Positions 12,798 to 26,875 are shown, counted from the stretch's first letter. The stretch is DNA of 64,000 nucleotides from Antedon mediterranea (GCF_964355755.1 NC_092676.1:1183788-1247787), one strand, 5' to 3'. Notes: generated by a model not told the origin, from the letters alone. Numbers and translations: made by a program.

Positions 12798-13786
12798 AGG
12801 TGGCGGGTTCAAATATATTTTATTTTTAAATCTGATAAAATTATGAAAACAAATTAAAATGTCCCGTGGACAATAAAACTTAGAATTTCATATTTTACTT
12901 GTATAACATTATGTGTACTTCATTCAATCCTTTATTTCCATAGAAAGTAAAATTACATATAAATCTATTTATTTTTAAATATTAATCCACAAACACACAG
13001 ATATTCTAAACCACCTGGTTTTTTTAGGAAAATAATAAACTTTAAGATTTATTTTTTTATTTTTTTATGATTACATATTTGCTTAGCCTTGCATAAATAA
13101 AGTTTTCTATTTGTTTATATAAACCCCAAAATGTTTTTATGTAACTGAAATATTTGATTGTTTACATTTATTGAATTTTGTCCTGAACATTAGGATTAAC
13201 ACTCATTAGTGTGCTTAGTGGTTTTTTTTAGCACATATCATTATCATATTTGATAAATAATTTTGTTGTAATCATGATATTAATTTTTTTTTTTCCTGTT
13301 TAAATTAAGTTCAGAAAAACTGATCAGCATTTTATTCATTTATATTTTCATTAAAAATATTTTCAAATGAATAAAACTTAGCTTACAATATAGTATTAAC
13401 TGAATCCAAACAAATAATATTAATAACAAATTTAGCTTTTTGAGTTCATTATTAGTCTTTAAGCTCTTTTATTTAATAATAATTACATTTTTTATTTTAC
13501 TGGTGTTTATTTAAATACAATAAGAAATATTCAAATATATTTTTATATAATCAATTTGTTGGGTGAAAGATACACATTTTCTAGTATTTCTTGACTACAT
13601 AGATCAACTTAACACTAATCGTATTTCCTTTTAAGATACATTGACTTGTATGGGATCCTTATGTTGACTATTATAAAATAGACATATTCTGGTGTAAATA
13701 TGTATTTGTTTTCATTACATGTTTTGTATGAGTTATCATCGAACCATCATTATGAAGATAGGGCATGCTTATGGACAGAATCCTAA

Positions 13787-13929
13787 AGCTTGGTTCCCAC
13801 TAGGACGCAACGCAAGGACGTAATTTTACCAATCACAAGTGATGGATTATCCGAACTGTCGCTTGTCATTGGTCAATTCGGTTGCGTTACGTCTACGTCC
13901 TTGCGTTGTGTCTTAGTGGGAACCAAGCT
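13787..13929. mobile_element. MITE family A (TIR AGCTTGGTTCCCACTAG), PIF/Harbinger-like
   Basis: Hairpin element, TAA/TTA flanks, ccaatcacaag...cttgtcattgg core. Confidence 0.88.
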
Positions 13930-14506
13930 TTACACTCAATAAATGTATGTATACAGCTAATGAACAATAATGCCTGACTGTATCTCTGATGCATTTTAAA
14001 ACATGAACAGCCCCCTCACACGGCAGAGTATGAGCAGAACGGATGGACGACATTCTCAATATCCTCATCGGTTTCATATCTTGTATTTAAATAATAAATA
14101 AATAATTGATAACATAAATCTTACATTATCCTACATCGTTAGCTTAATAATTAACACAATTCAAATTGTCCTTATATTAACACTGTTAGATTCCGTGGTA
14201 TAATATATTCCATATTACCGTAATTATGCAATATAAATCGCAACGAATTAATAAATAAAACATATATTATTCAACGTGTAAAACACTTAATAGAAAGCTA
14301 TTTGTAAACATTTCTTCATTAGCATATCATTAATTTTCATTAAAAATGTCCGTAATGTTGTAATAGATGAGCAAAGCAACATGTGCTACTAGGCCTATGT
14401 AGCCTATATGATAGATATCGTGGTCAAATACTTTATGGTTTAAAAGCGACCACTTTACAAAGACGAGCGGTAAACGATAATAAAAATATAGAATCTATGT
14501 TATTCC

Positions 14507-14810
14507 TATGACCATTTACACACGACGCGGAGCGGACGGGCGGGTTCCGCTTAAGCGTGGTTCCCACTAGCGATGCAACGCAAGGACGTAACACAACGCA
14601 AGTGAACTGACCAATCACAAGCGATGGCTTATTCGCTTTTGATTGCTAACTGTCTATAACTTCGCGTGTCATTGGTTAAAACGCTTGCGTTGCGTTTACG
14701 TCCTTGCGTTACGTTCTAGTGGAAACCAAGCTTTAGATACAGATTCTACGTGGGACAAGCTACGCGGTTTTCCGCTTACCGTTACCGCTCGTCGGTGTAA
14801 ATTGGCCTTA
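14507..14810. mobile_element. Older Harbinger-like MITE interrupted by a family A copy
   Basis: Left atgaccatttacacacgacgcggagcgg versus reverse complement of right end aaggccaatttacaccgacgagcgg. Confidence 0.55.
14554..14732. mobile_element. MITE family A, 179-bp young subfamily
   Basis: TTA target duplication on both sides; near identical to 26114-26292 and 57781-57948. Confidence 0.92.
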
Positions 14811-16709
14811 TTACGCGTGTGATATACTACTTGGCTATTTTACAATATAATTTTACGTTTACCTGTTGGTTTGTTTAAAATTTCGTTCATACCAACATCG
14901 TACTCCTAAAAAGCAACATTATTTGCTTGTCTGAACACCAACCCGAAATTCGATTACGGTGAAGGTACGTGTATTTTCGACGGTCGACTGAAACTAAATA
15001 CTAATACCGAGGCATTTCAAATATTGAACTAACTGTATTTTTTTAAACCCATGATCATTCATTTCTCATTGCTATACTATAATGTACATCTTTTATCCAA
15101 ATGCATTCCTGTCACCCCTCTGATGAGGCATACCATACCTCACTATCACCTCACCCTCCCCCTAAATTACCAGAGGCCTTCCCCTACTTCACAATCGAAA
15201 GTCCAGGCTGCCTAAAGTACATCATAGATAGCTTTTTGTAATTATTATTCCCAAGGTCGGGTGCCTGATATAGTAACAGAATGTATTATTGCATTCATTA
15301 TGCATTAAATAATAAATTGAAAGTAACCTAGTGAGATAATGCAATATCATGTCTCTACTGCTGCTGCCGCGCGTACACAGATGTTGACTATACGCGCTGA
15401 CGAAACAGATGGCTTATGGGTATTTATGTGCATTCCCTCAGATACCTTTTCAATTACGCCCATTCCCCCGTGGTCGGAATTCCATCTCAATTTTATTTTA
15501 ATAATTTTAATCATTCCTGGACAAATTGCGTTGATGTGCAATTTATATTTAGGGGGACATTATTGCATTTTGACGTTGGTAACAATTTAATATGTAGCTT
15601 AATAATTTTGTGTAAAATAATGTTTGCGTTGATCTTTTCGTTGTTATAATTTCTAATTTCTTCTGTGAAACGTTTTCTACGACATCATTATAAGCAAAAC
15701 AGCTTAAAATACACATGCAAGGTCTACCTAAAATAATCAATATAAACAGTCTTTTAGTTTATCGAGTCGAAATTGTCTTTATTCATAAGACCATGGAGGT
15801 ACAAAGATGATACCTACTGAATCTTTGATTGGCAACTTGTCCAGTAAAAAATCATAATCATCTGATTCAACAACACAAACTATAACAATATTTATTAAAA
15901 TTCTATTAAGAGTTAAAGAAACAACACCATAAATACAGAAAACAGACCAAAATAAATCAAAAAAGGTACCAGAAAATAACTATAACTTTGATTTTATATA
16001 TTTTGGCAAATTGCCAAAGATAACCATAAGCGAATTATGTTTCATCATGAGGGAAATTCCCGTATGATCAAAATCAAAACGGTACTGGGTTTGGTCTACT
16101 AGCGTTCCTGCTCACAAAAGTCATCCATTCATAGAAGCACTGATGATGATGTTTCAAAACAATACACTTTATCGAAATATGCAGACAGTGGAAGAAATGT
16201 ATTAGGTGGAAGGGGGTGGGGGTTGGGATGGATGAAGAGGGGTGTTTATTTAGAGGGTTCTATGTGATGTCTTTGTACCAGCGACTTGGTGACTTCATTA
16301 CAAAGTACACTCGCAAGTTACAAGACTCTGACTCGAATCCATTGACAGTTTTTAACCGTTTGTTCGGCAAGGTTCAACAATACTAGAATAACACGTATTT
16401 ATGTATAATCTACTTGTGTTTAATGGCTAATAAACGGAATACTTTACTGATGAAGATGAGAAATTAATGTTGACGTCGGTAGCAATGACAAAAGCCATGC
16501 TTGCTCATCACTGATTACATATAATCATGTTATAGGCCTTTTGTGAAAATACATAATGTGAACTTATTGTTAGCTGTGTAAACAAATATTAAGACTGACT
16601 CAACAAATAAAGAAGTGTAGTTTTCAAACCTTTTTGGTTTTTTTTTAAACTTATTAAAACTTTTTTTTTTGTTGGATGTTTATTTCTTGTCATATTGTAT
16701 TTTTGTGAT

Positions 16710-16790
16710 TGTCCCTAATGATCAGCTTCGGATGGATGGATGGACCCCCCTCGTAAAATATTGTTGAAATATATAAAGAAATAAATACAA
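16710..16790 (+). mobile_element. SINE/LINE 3' tail shared with the SINE at 53184
   Basis: gtccctaatgatcagc...ggatggacc...aaatat..tt.aaa also at about 53367-53430. Confidence 0.6.
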
Positions 16791-16839
16791 ATTCACTAAT
16801 AAAAATCATAATTTAAAACGTCAATAAACCATTATTTAG

Positions 16840-16945
16840 CAAGCAGAACGTCCTGGTTTGAATCTCATCTTATCGTTTCAAATTAATTATTTAAAATTTA
16901 AGTTTATATCACCGGGCAGTTTTAGAATTGTTCTATGCCTAATCT
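16840..16945 (+). mobile_element. SINE family C, degraded copy
   Basis: ctcatcttatcgtttcaaattaatta...tatatcaccgggc.gttttagaatt matches 41680-41745. Confidence 0.65.
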
Positions 16946-18821
16946 GATTATATGTTAATGTTGTTATAGAGAATATAGGAGTCTTGTTTAGACAACAAAT
17001 CGTTTATAAAAACGCGGAAACCTAACTTTTGATGAGACATTATTTTGATACGATCTACCGTCTGCATACAAACCTATTCGCCTGAAACTCTCATTTTCCG
17101 CGCCATTATTATTGCCTCAAAATAGAAACACTCACGTACTCGTTATTTTCACCAACTGACGTCATGGCTCTCAATAAGCGCGCACTATCAAGACTATCAG
17201 ATGGTCAGTTATATGATAAAGTGAATAAACCCATTGCTTACTTAGTCAAAGCATTAAAACTTCATTTGTTTGCCATTATAATGATGCATTTTGACAATAA
17301 AACGAGTTCGTAGCAATGGCTATAGAGATGTTCCCTTCGGCATCTCGCTATACATAGTACTCATCCTGCACATTCTAGACTTCATACAATTAAATCTCAT
17401 ATTTTCTTGGTCAATGATTCACCCCATCGTCTCGACTTCCGTGGACTACGTCATCATGGTTGAAAATACTTTGTAAAAGGCGAGAAACGAGACTAAAATC
17501 ACCTTAAACTTATTTTAAATCTAATTAGTTTGCGCGAGTACCATAAATTCGTTGTTGGTAATTTTAGATTTGCACTTTCGTTCGACGGTGTTATTGTAAC
17601 TTGGAAAGAGTCCTAGAAAGAAACATGTTTCCAATTCCATTTAAACACGCCAGAAATGTTGAGAATTGAGTGACATTTCGATAATTTTCAAGAACCTACT
17701 TAATTAGGCTAAAGAACTCATTCCCAATGTTTTTGTTATTCGTATTATGTTAGCCCTTTCGTTTTTTTACAAGACCACAAGCCAGCAATACATCAACAAC
17801 ATGTTTTTCAACGCACTATAGCTTTATTTGTATGTATTATAAGGACGTTGTTAGCTGATTGTATAACTCGGAAACAACAGCTTGACTCCAAACTTACAAA
17901 CAATTGACTCTCATCTAAGCCTCTTAATTAAACCTGATTTTTGTTTTTCTGAAACATGTGCGCGAACAATTGCTTTAAATGACATTATCTGTGTCAGTCA
18001 GTGAGTTTGTTTTGTTTTAAGTTTCGTTGTATTAGTAGGCCTAATAATTAACTTTTTACTATCTCTCTTGTATCAGAGCCACCAATTATTGAGAAACGAG
18101 AAACACGAATCATTTATATAAAGAACCCATATTAAAGACCCACACAAGTATCTCTTCAATAGGGATGTCTTTAAGTTGTTGTTTTAAAACATAATATATT
18201 TATCTCATCAATTGATATCCTTGATTAGGGGTCTAATACTGTACTTAATGTTGCCCTATAATATTTTCAGTAAATACAAAGTTTTGTAAAAAATATATAC
18301 CTGGAATATTTATGTATTTTATTTTAAGTTTAATAGACACACATACTAGAAACTTATTTATACAATATTCAATGATTGTTAAAATCATATTTTTATTTTA
18401 GTTTTTTTATGTGCCACGGGGGAATAAGAACAACCATGATGTAATGTTAGGCCTCCATGGTTAAATAAAGTTGGATTGTAATTGACGCTGTTAGTCATCA
18501 ATATCATCACGGATCTATATAGCGGTCTACCTCTGACTAACCTCCCTTTCTAGAGAAACACGTTCACTGTTTGCCTGCTGAGTCGAACTAGGTTCTAGGC
18601 CTAAAAAATCACATCGGCCTCATTTACTAAGTTTAGTAATCCATCATCATTGTTTTTTATTTCGTCTCTCTATCAATCAATTATATATGGAATTAGTTAG
18701 CAAGTCATCCAATCAATCTGCTGTTCTTATTCTTTTAAAGCTCCAAACGCTCTATGTGGATCAACTGAGAATTCGTAGTGTAAATACAAGCGAACGTCGC
18801 AATGCATAGGAAGGGTGCCTT

Positions 18822-18961
18822 AGCTTGGTTATCTCAAAGGACGCGCAACGCAAGTAATTTGACCAATATCACAAGCGACGAATCAATCCATTGTTTGTGA
18901 TTGGTCAAATCACTTGCGTTGCGCGTACGACCTTGTGGTGCTTCCAAATGAGAACCAAGTT
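18822..18961. mobile_element. MITE family A, diverged copy
   Basis: agcttggtt...gcaacgcaagtaatttgaccaat...attggtcaaatcacttgcgttgc...gaaccaagt. Confidence 0.8.
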
Positions 18962-19728
18962 AAATGGGTTATTTCGAAATACAGGCATATTTTCCCACAA
19001 TAAAAGTACACAGTTTTAATATTTTATGCATTAATTTTTATGTAAGAAACAAAATTGCGGTAAATTTGATACGAACATTATGAATTAAATACTTTTATGA
19101 GTAATTGCTCCTCACTTTTCAACTTAAAATTTTGTTTGCGAGTTCCAGTGTTATGAAACCATATGCCTGTGAGATGACGAAAAGGTCAAGGCACTTTTGA
19201 CAAAAGTTCTGACTCTATGCTTATAGAGAGTTTGTATCCGAAATCAACCCTGGTCGCCCTGAAGTCGGTGTTGACTTTTCGGCGCGATCAAGTATCGTCT
19301 GTACCCGGAATCAAATAACCAATCCCACAACGTCGGCGGCACGCGAATTGTGCCAGTGTGGTATTACGTCGGTATCATTGACGTGCAACCAAGCGCGAGA
19401 AAGTTGCGTGGAAAAAGGCGACTTCTGACTTCCATCTTTAATGGCCTGTAACGGTTATGATATGACATTAGTGTAACAAAATCGGCCAGGGAACTACAGA
19501 GAAGAAAAGGTGTTTTGGTTTTAACAATAAGTTTATATTACATAGCGTGCTAAACTCTTATAACGATATAGTAACGAAAAACGTCCTTAATAGGATTCTT
19601 TCATTAGTCGTTAAAACTAGTTCTCGTAAATTACTACCGGTGCTATTGTTATTGTCTGTTACTTTATTGTATCTGCCAGTTATCTTTTCAGAGTTATCTT
19701 TTTTTTTGTTTACATGTGACCATGAGTT

Positions 19729-19903
19729 GTGACGTTATTATTTTTCAGTAGACCTCTGTTTCACCTTCTCTCCATCTACTAACCAATTTGTGTTCATGTG
19801 AACAGAAGCTGTGACGTTATGTACATTATCTCCTATACTTTTCAGTAGACCTCTGTTTCACCATCTCTCCATCTACTAACCAATTGTGTTCATGGGAACA
19901 GGA
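19729..19903 (+). repeat. Local duplication, 2 copies about 97 bp apart
   Basis: ttttcagtagacctctgtttcacc.tctctccatctactaaccaat at 19742 and 19839. Confidence 0.85.
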
Positions 19904-20287
19904 GCTGGGACAGGAACAGTCATTCTATGCATGCTCGTGTGATTGCTGCTTATTTCATATGCGTTACATATAAAACAAATGTGATGCTGTATCACGGCAT
20001 TGCCTATGAAACTGGACAAATTTAGATACAGTCCGAGAATTGGCTACAAACAGCTCATTACCTACTTCTGTCATAGCGTGTACCTTGGTTTTTATTTTAA
20101 TTCATTTCAGTTGTCAAATGCGTTAGTACAAATGATATATATGCATAATAAACAAGCTATTATCTTATGCTCGATGCTATGCAATCAAACTATACCGCGT
20201 GTGGCGCATACTAATTAGCCTAATCACGTGTTTTCCTACTCCTCCTCCTCCTCCTCGATTATACGAGCATTTTGGAGGGATACAATC

Positions 20288-20460
20288 TTAAAGATGTAGT
20301 GTCTCCCTGAAAAAAATAATTCTTAAAAACATTTTTGTTAAATATGTCATTTATATGTTACATTAATAGTTATCCACTTTGACCAAAAATTGGATTGACA
20401 AAAAAAAACGTTTATTTACCTGAAAAAAAATGTAAAGTGATTAAACTACAAAATAACCTA
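20288..20460 (+). mobile_element. TTAA-flanked DNA transposon end (Kolobok-like)
   Basis: TTAA|AGATGTAGTGTC start; homologous to 11230-11337 (minus). Confidence 0.4.
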
Positions 20461-20796
20461 TTCAATGTCAGATTTAATTAATCTTCATTTTTCATGTTTT
20501 TCATCTTTAATCATTATTGTAATCATTATAATCAGGTTGCTCCAGTTTGACATTTTGTTCTTATAAGATTTGGAAAATTTTACTGAAAATACGTAAAACT
20601 TACACCATAAAAACAAAGGAACAACTTGAAAAATCAATCCATAACTTTAAAACTATTTATGAACATTTGAACTATTGTATATAATTCTTTACGTTCAACC
20701 ATTCATGAATTATTATACAGATAGTTTATATAAAATGCAGATGAAAACATTTTTCGAACATTTGAACTAATCATAAGAAAGTTTAATTCTGTTTAC

Positions 20797-22741
20797 TACT
20801 TAATTAATGTATGTAGGGTACTATGTACTTAATTAATGTATGTAGGGTACTATGTACTTAATTAATGTATGTATGGTACTATGTACCTAATTAATGTATG
20901 TAATGTACTATGTACTTAATTAATGTATGTATGGTACTATGTACTTAATTAATGTATGTATGGTACTATGTACTTAATTAATGTATGTAATGTACTATGT
21001 ACTTAATTAATGTATGTATGGTACTATGTACTTAATTAATGTATGTATGGTACTATGTACTTAATTAATGTATGTAGGGTACTATGTACTTAATTAATGT
21101 ATGTAATGTACTATGTACTTAATTAATGTATGTATGGTACTATGTACTTAATTAATGTATGTATGGTACTATGTACTTAATTAATGTATGTAGGGTACTA
21201 TGTACCTAATTAATGTATGTATGGTACTATGTACCTAATTAATGTATGTATGGTACTATGTACTTAATTAATGTATGTATGGTACTATGTACTTAATTAA
21301 TGTATGTATGGTACTATGTACTTAATTAATGTATGTATGGTACTATGTACTTAATTAATGTATGTATGGTACTATGTACTTAATTAATGTATGTATGGTA
21401 CTATGTACTTAATTAATGTATGTAGGGTACTATGTACTTAATTAATGTATGTAGGGTACTATGTACCTAATTAATGTATGTATGGTACTATGTACCTAAT
21501 TAATGTATGTATGGTACTATGTACTTAATTAATGTATGTATGGTACTATGTACTTAATTAATGTATGTATGGTACTATGTACTTAATTAATGTATGTATG
21601 GTACTATGTACCTAATTAATGTATGTATGGTACTATGTACTTAATTAATGTATGTATGGCACTATGTACTTAATTAATGTATGTAATGTACTATGTACTT
21701 AATTAATGTATGTATGGTACTATGTACTTAATTAATGTATGTATGGTACTATGTACTTAATTAATGTATGTAATGTACTATGTACTTAATTAATGTATGT
21801 ATGGTACTATGTACTTAATTAATGTATGTATGGTACTATGTACTTAATTAATGTATGTAGGGTACTATGTACCTAATTAATGTATGTATGGTACTATGTA
21901 CCTAATTAATGTATGTATGGTACTATGTACTTAATTAATGTATGTATGGTACTATGTACTTAATTAATGTATGTATGGTACTATGTACTTAATTAATGTA
22001 TGTATGGTACTATGTACTTAATTAATGTATGTATGGTACTATGTACTTAATTAATGTATGTATGGTACTATGTACTTAATTAATGTATGTAGGGTACTAT
22101 GTACTTAATTAATGTATGTAGGGTACTATGTACCTAATTAATGTATGTATGGTACTATGTACCTAATTAATGTATGTATGGTACTATGTACTTAATTAAT
22201 GTATGTATGGTACTATGTACTTAATTAATGTATGTATGGTACTATGTACTTAATTAATGTATGTATGGTACTATGTACTTAATTAATGTATGTATGGTAC
22301 TATGTACTTAATTAATGTATGTATGGTACTATGTACTTAATTAATGTATGTATGGTACTATGTACTTAATTAATGTATGTATGGTACTATGTACCTAATT
22401 AATGTATGTAGGGTACTATGTACTTAATTAATGTATGTAGGGTACTATGTACCTAATTAATGTATGTATGGTACTATGTACCTAATTAATGTATGTATGG
22501 TACTATGTACTTAATTAATGTATGTATGGTACTATGTACCTAATTAATGTATGTATGGTACTATGTACTTAATTAATGTATGTATGGCACTATGTACTTA
22601 ATTAATGTATGTAATGTACTATGTACTTAATTAATGTATGTAGGGTACTATGTACTTAATTAATGTATGTATGGTACTATGTACTTAATTAATGTATGTA
22701 TGGTACTATGTACTTACTTAATTAATGTATGTATGGTACTA
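20797..22741 (+). repeat. 29-bp minisatellite, ~67 copies
   Basis: Unit tacttaattaatgtatgtatggtactatg with a few recurring variants. Confidence 0.98.
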
Positions 22742-23724
22742 ATGTTTATACTTATTTTAGTAAGTCATTGCCAATGGCCATAGATAGTTACTTTGTATCT
22801 TTGTTTCTAATATTTCTATTATAGTATAGGTACCTTAATAGTAAGTCAAACTATGCACACTAATCACGTTATTGTCCCTCATCATCCTCTCCCATGCACT
22901 CATCATGTTCGAGTGCTCGATTAACTTTTGTGTAGAGCGTTGTTTTAGCGATTACCTTCGGAATCAAGTGTGTTCAAGTATTGATCATCACAACACTTTA
23001 TTGCGATATCGAGGCTGGTTATTCCGTTCACTAGTGATAAAACCGCACGTGGCATCCCGGGTTAATTATCTCTAATTAATTCACAGATTAGCTTCGATCG
23101 ATTTGCTATTGTTTCAATGTTGCCGTTAAATATTACCTCTGTAAGTTGGACTCGCGACAAATAATGTCTAGCTCCTTGGCTTAATCCAACTACAGGTTGA
23201 TCGTTGATTGCATCGTAGTCAAGTTTCTTTGTTTAGTGATGAAGGGATGGCGGAATCTAATCCTAAAGGTGTTTCGTCCTAGGCCAAGTCTTTAAGAAAT
23301 CAATACGAACGTTGAGAAAAATCATCGACGAGAACAAAGCGATGTAAGACGGGAATCCTAAGCGATTTATCGATAAGATTGGTTTTGTGATGTTAAGATC
23401 GCACAGATGGGAAGTGATTTTAAATGAAATGGTTTTTAAAAAGTCATTAACGAGTTACAGCATCTTATTGATTGGCGATATTTTGTCAATAATTGGTATC
23501 ATAGTTGTAATGTATGTTTAACCAATGTTTGTTTTCATTCAGAATTGTAATTTACAAATTTGTGAGTCTAATTAGGACAATAAAATTGTATCATTGCAAT
23601 TTAATCCAAATTAGCATGGTATGCCATACAGGTTTGTTAGGCTAGAGTTCAATCAGATAAACTCCAAATAAACTAATTAATTCCTAAAATCCAAATCAAT
23701 TAATTCCCCACAATGTAATGTTTA

Positions 23725-23817
23725 CCTCAATTCATATTATCATGGTACTCACAATTCAATTCAATTCCTTCCTCAATTCATATTATCATGGTACTCACAA
23801 TTCAATTCAATTCCTTC
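23725..23817 (+). repeat. 46-bp tandem duplication
   Basis: cctcaattcatattatcatggtactcacaattcaattcaattcctt x2. Confidence 0.9.
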
Positions 23818-24311
23818 ATTAAGTAGGCCTACCTCATTGACATCATCTGATAAACAACAACATTTTCTTCGTCCGCACCATCAATCATCGACATTTTTAT
23901 TTCCAAAATTAAAACATATATAAATACAATAAAAATGATAATGAAATGGGATACAAAAAAGTGCTTTAAACATGTAACTGTAACAAAATAAAATAAACAT
24001 ACATTACCGTAGTAAAACTTGCAAACATAACCGAAAAGAAATGCATTTGTTCCTGTTGCCATCATACTATTAAATATAAAAAAGTAGATACATTTTTAAT
24101 TTTTATTATCTTAACTTAAACATTTATAATTCTTAAGAATTCTATATTTATATTTCATCTCCTTCTCTCTTGTTAATTACCCAATGAGGGATGAATAAAG
24201 ATATGCTGATACTGACAAAGAGAGAAGAAAACTTGAATATGTCCGGGTAAAATAATATCAGTATCAGTAAAGAGAGAAAAAATCCGGGTAATGTCTGTAT
24301 TACTGTATAGT

Positions 24312-24548
24312 AAATAGGAGTGGTTAGGACACTTAACTGTCATACAGATAGACCCGGGTTCAATTCCCGACAACTTCCAGTCCACTCAGCTGTAAAATGA
24401 GTACCTGGTTGAAAATACTAGGGAGAAAAAAGGCGGCGTGGAAAGGAACTGGCCACCCTACCACATAATGGCGAGGCCTTAGTACAATGAGCTCCTAACA
24501 GCTTATTCCCCTACATTCAGAGAACACGGGACTCACCTTTACCTTTAC
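24312..24548 (+). mobile_element. tRNA-derived SINE with (ACCTTT)n tail
   Basis: A-box remnant agtggttagg, B-box gggttcaattccc, central ccactcagctgtaaaatgagtacctgg, tail acctttaccttta. Confidence 0.8.
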
Positions 24549-25671
24549 TGGATAGTTATGTTTGTGTTAGGTTAGTCCGAGTTCCTGACGGAGTTTTGAC
24601 TTAATATTCGTTAAAAGATAGATATTTTGGCATATATAGCGTTTCATACGTATACTACTTGAGCTTTTAAACATTGAAAATCCGCGAAATAACTTACAGA
24701 CTAGGGGAAAGTCTGTATTAGTTATAATATGTTGCTTTATAATAATTAGGGCCTATACTGTGCGTAATGGTCGTACGGTAAGTACAACCTGCGTCGAATC
24801 ATATGTATAAACTGTAAAAAAGGTATTCGCAGACAGATGAACGTTTGCGCACGTGCTACTAGAGATAACAAACTAATCAAGTCAAATTATCTCCTCGTTG
24901 TAATTAGAAATTAGCACATACGATGCGATAGAGAAGGCCTATCGGAGAAATGTCGTCAGATGTTACATCGTAAGCCGCCAATTTCCTTTTAATGTGTTGT
25001 CACCAAAAGCCAACTCAACACTTTAGATTTGAGAACACAACGATGAGAATCAAAAACTGCGTTGAGGATCCGGTGTACTGATTATTAGTGCTTTCTAACT
25101 GTACTATAAGTGTTACACAATATATAGCATGTCATCATCTAGATAACTACCCCTGATACAGAACCAAACTTCCCCCAGAGGTCCTTTGATACGCGTTTCT
25201 AACAATGCACAATGGACGCTGCGGCTTACTTTGATATGTTTCGACATGGACAATCCTATTTGGTGTATAACCAGCACCAAGAGAATGATTGTACAAACGA
25301 GAGATGACTGACGGTTGTGAGGTTTCATAATTGTAGAAAAAGTCATCGTTTATTCGCTATTTCGTCACTTTCGATGGTACCACAGAGATATTATATCTCT
25401 ATAATGGGACCCACGCGCAAACAGACGAACTGTTGCGAATAATCCTTTTCTCGGTAGCACATTATTCTTTGCGTCTTTTGTAAATAGACAGGACATTTCA
25501 ACATGATAGATTGTTAATAAAACCACTTACACGCTTCATTTACGTTCACAATGTAAAATCATGTAAACAAAATAATCATTATACTATGATGATGTTTGAG
25601 GGCGCTGAGTTGGCCATCACTTTATAATTGGAAGGTACAGTATACATTGTGTTGTGCTGAGTGTTTTTTAA

Positions 25672-25980
25672 AGCCTGGTTCCCACTAGAGACACAACTCA
25701 AGTGAGTTGACCAATGACAAACAACAGTTCGAATAATCAATCGCTTGTGATTGATCAAATCACTAATGCTTGGTTGGTTCCCATTAGAGACGACGAAACA
25801 CAAGGACGTAACGCAACGTAAGTGAGTTGACCAATCACAACCGATGGATTATTTGATCTGTCGCTTGTCATTGGTCAACTCGCTTATGTTGCGTTTACGT
25901 CCTTGCGTTACGTCCTATTGGGAACCAAGCTGTACGTTGCGCTTACGTCCTTGCGTTGTATCCTAGAGAAGGAATCAAGT
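25672..25980. mobile_element. MITE family A nested pair (inner copy 25767-25931)
   Basis: Outer copy split at its internal cactta site by a second complete copy. Confidence 0.82.
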
Positions 25981-26113
25981 CGTGAAACCATGTAAAAGAA
26001 GTCACAGTGCGACTACTACTTTTTACATCCAGGTTCGCTCACGTTATACACTTAATTGTGTTTTTACTACACGAAAAGTAAGTTGCACGTGATTACCCTT
26101 CCCTTTAGGCTTA

Positions 26114-26292
26114 AGCGTGGTTCCCACTAGAACGTAACGCAAGGACGTAAACGCAACGCAAGTGAATTGACCAATCACAAGCGATGGCTTATTCGCTTGT
26201 GATTGCTAACTGTCTATAACTTCGCTTGTCATTGGTTAAAACGCTTGCGTTGCGTTTACGTCCTTGCGTTACGTTCTAGTGGGAACCACGCT
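26114..26292. mobile_element. MITE family A, 179-bp intact copy
   Basis: Long perfect TIR agcgtggttcccactagaacgtaacgcaaggacgtaaacgcaacgcaag; TTA on both flanks. Confidence 0.95.
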
Positions 26293-26875
26293 TTAATGCT
26301 GTATATATTTCTATAAATCCTTTTATCGTGCGATTGAGGACGGGAGATAAGTGAAGGTTTACCGAAGACTGCTGTTCCCACGATGTCATTCATCGTCATA
26401 GAATGTTTGTAAAGGACTGATTATCAGTTGACGTTGCAGTATACAATCATTGTATACATTTGCCCCGGTCGCAAAACTCATCTAACCATACAAACAATTA
26501 TGGTAACGAGCTCATTTTCTCCGCGACTTTTTTAATATTTTAATTCCGTAGGCTAGAATTAACTTTTAACAAACATGATAGAATCGAGCATTTTGTCTAT
26601 CCTCTCGGTAGAATAGCCCGGCAGCTAACGGCTAATGCTATCAACATAACAACAACATAACCAAAATCTATAAATACTATTAAACATAATAATCAAAATA
26701 CAATTTTCGTAAAAAACTATTTAAAATATCCCCAATGGCCTGATCAATAAGGTCAGTTACTTGACCTACATGCAAATGAATTTATATTGATATTTTCTTT
26801 TCCTAAACTATCGGTATGTAATGTTTAATTTAATAAATGTCTGCAAAAGCAAACTTCTATTTGTGAATCATGTTA

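Noticed and set aside
23829-23896. Minus-strand mini-exon MSMIDGADEENVVVYQMMSM with GAG|gtagg donor
   Set aside because: Short, no homology, and the apparent donor coincides with a TAGGCCTA palindrome.
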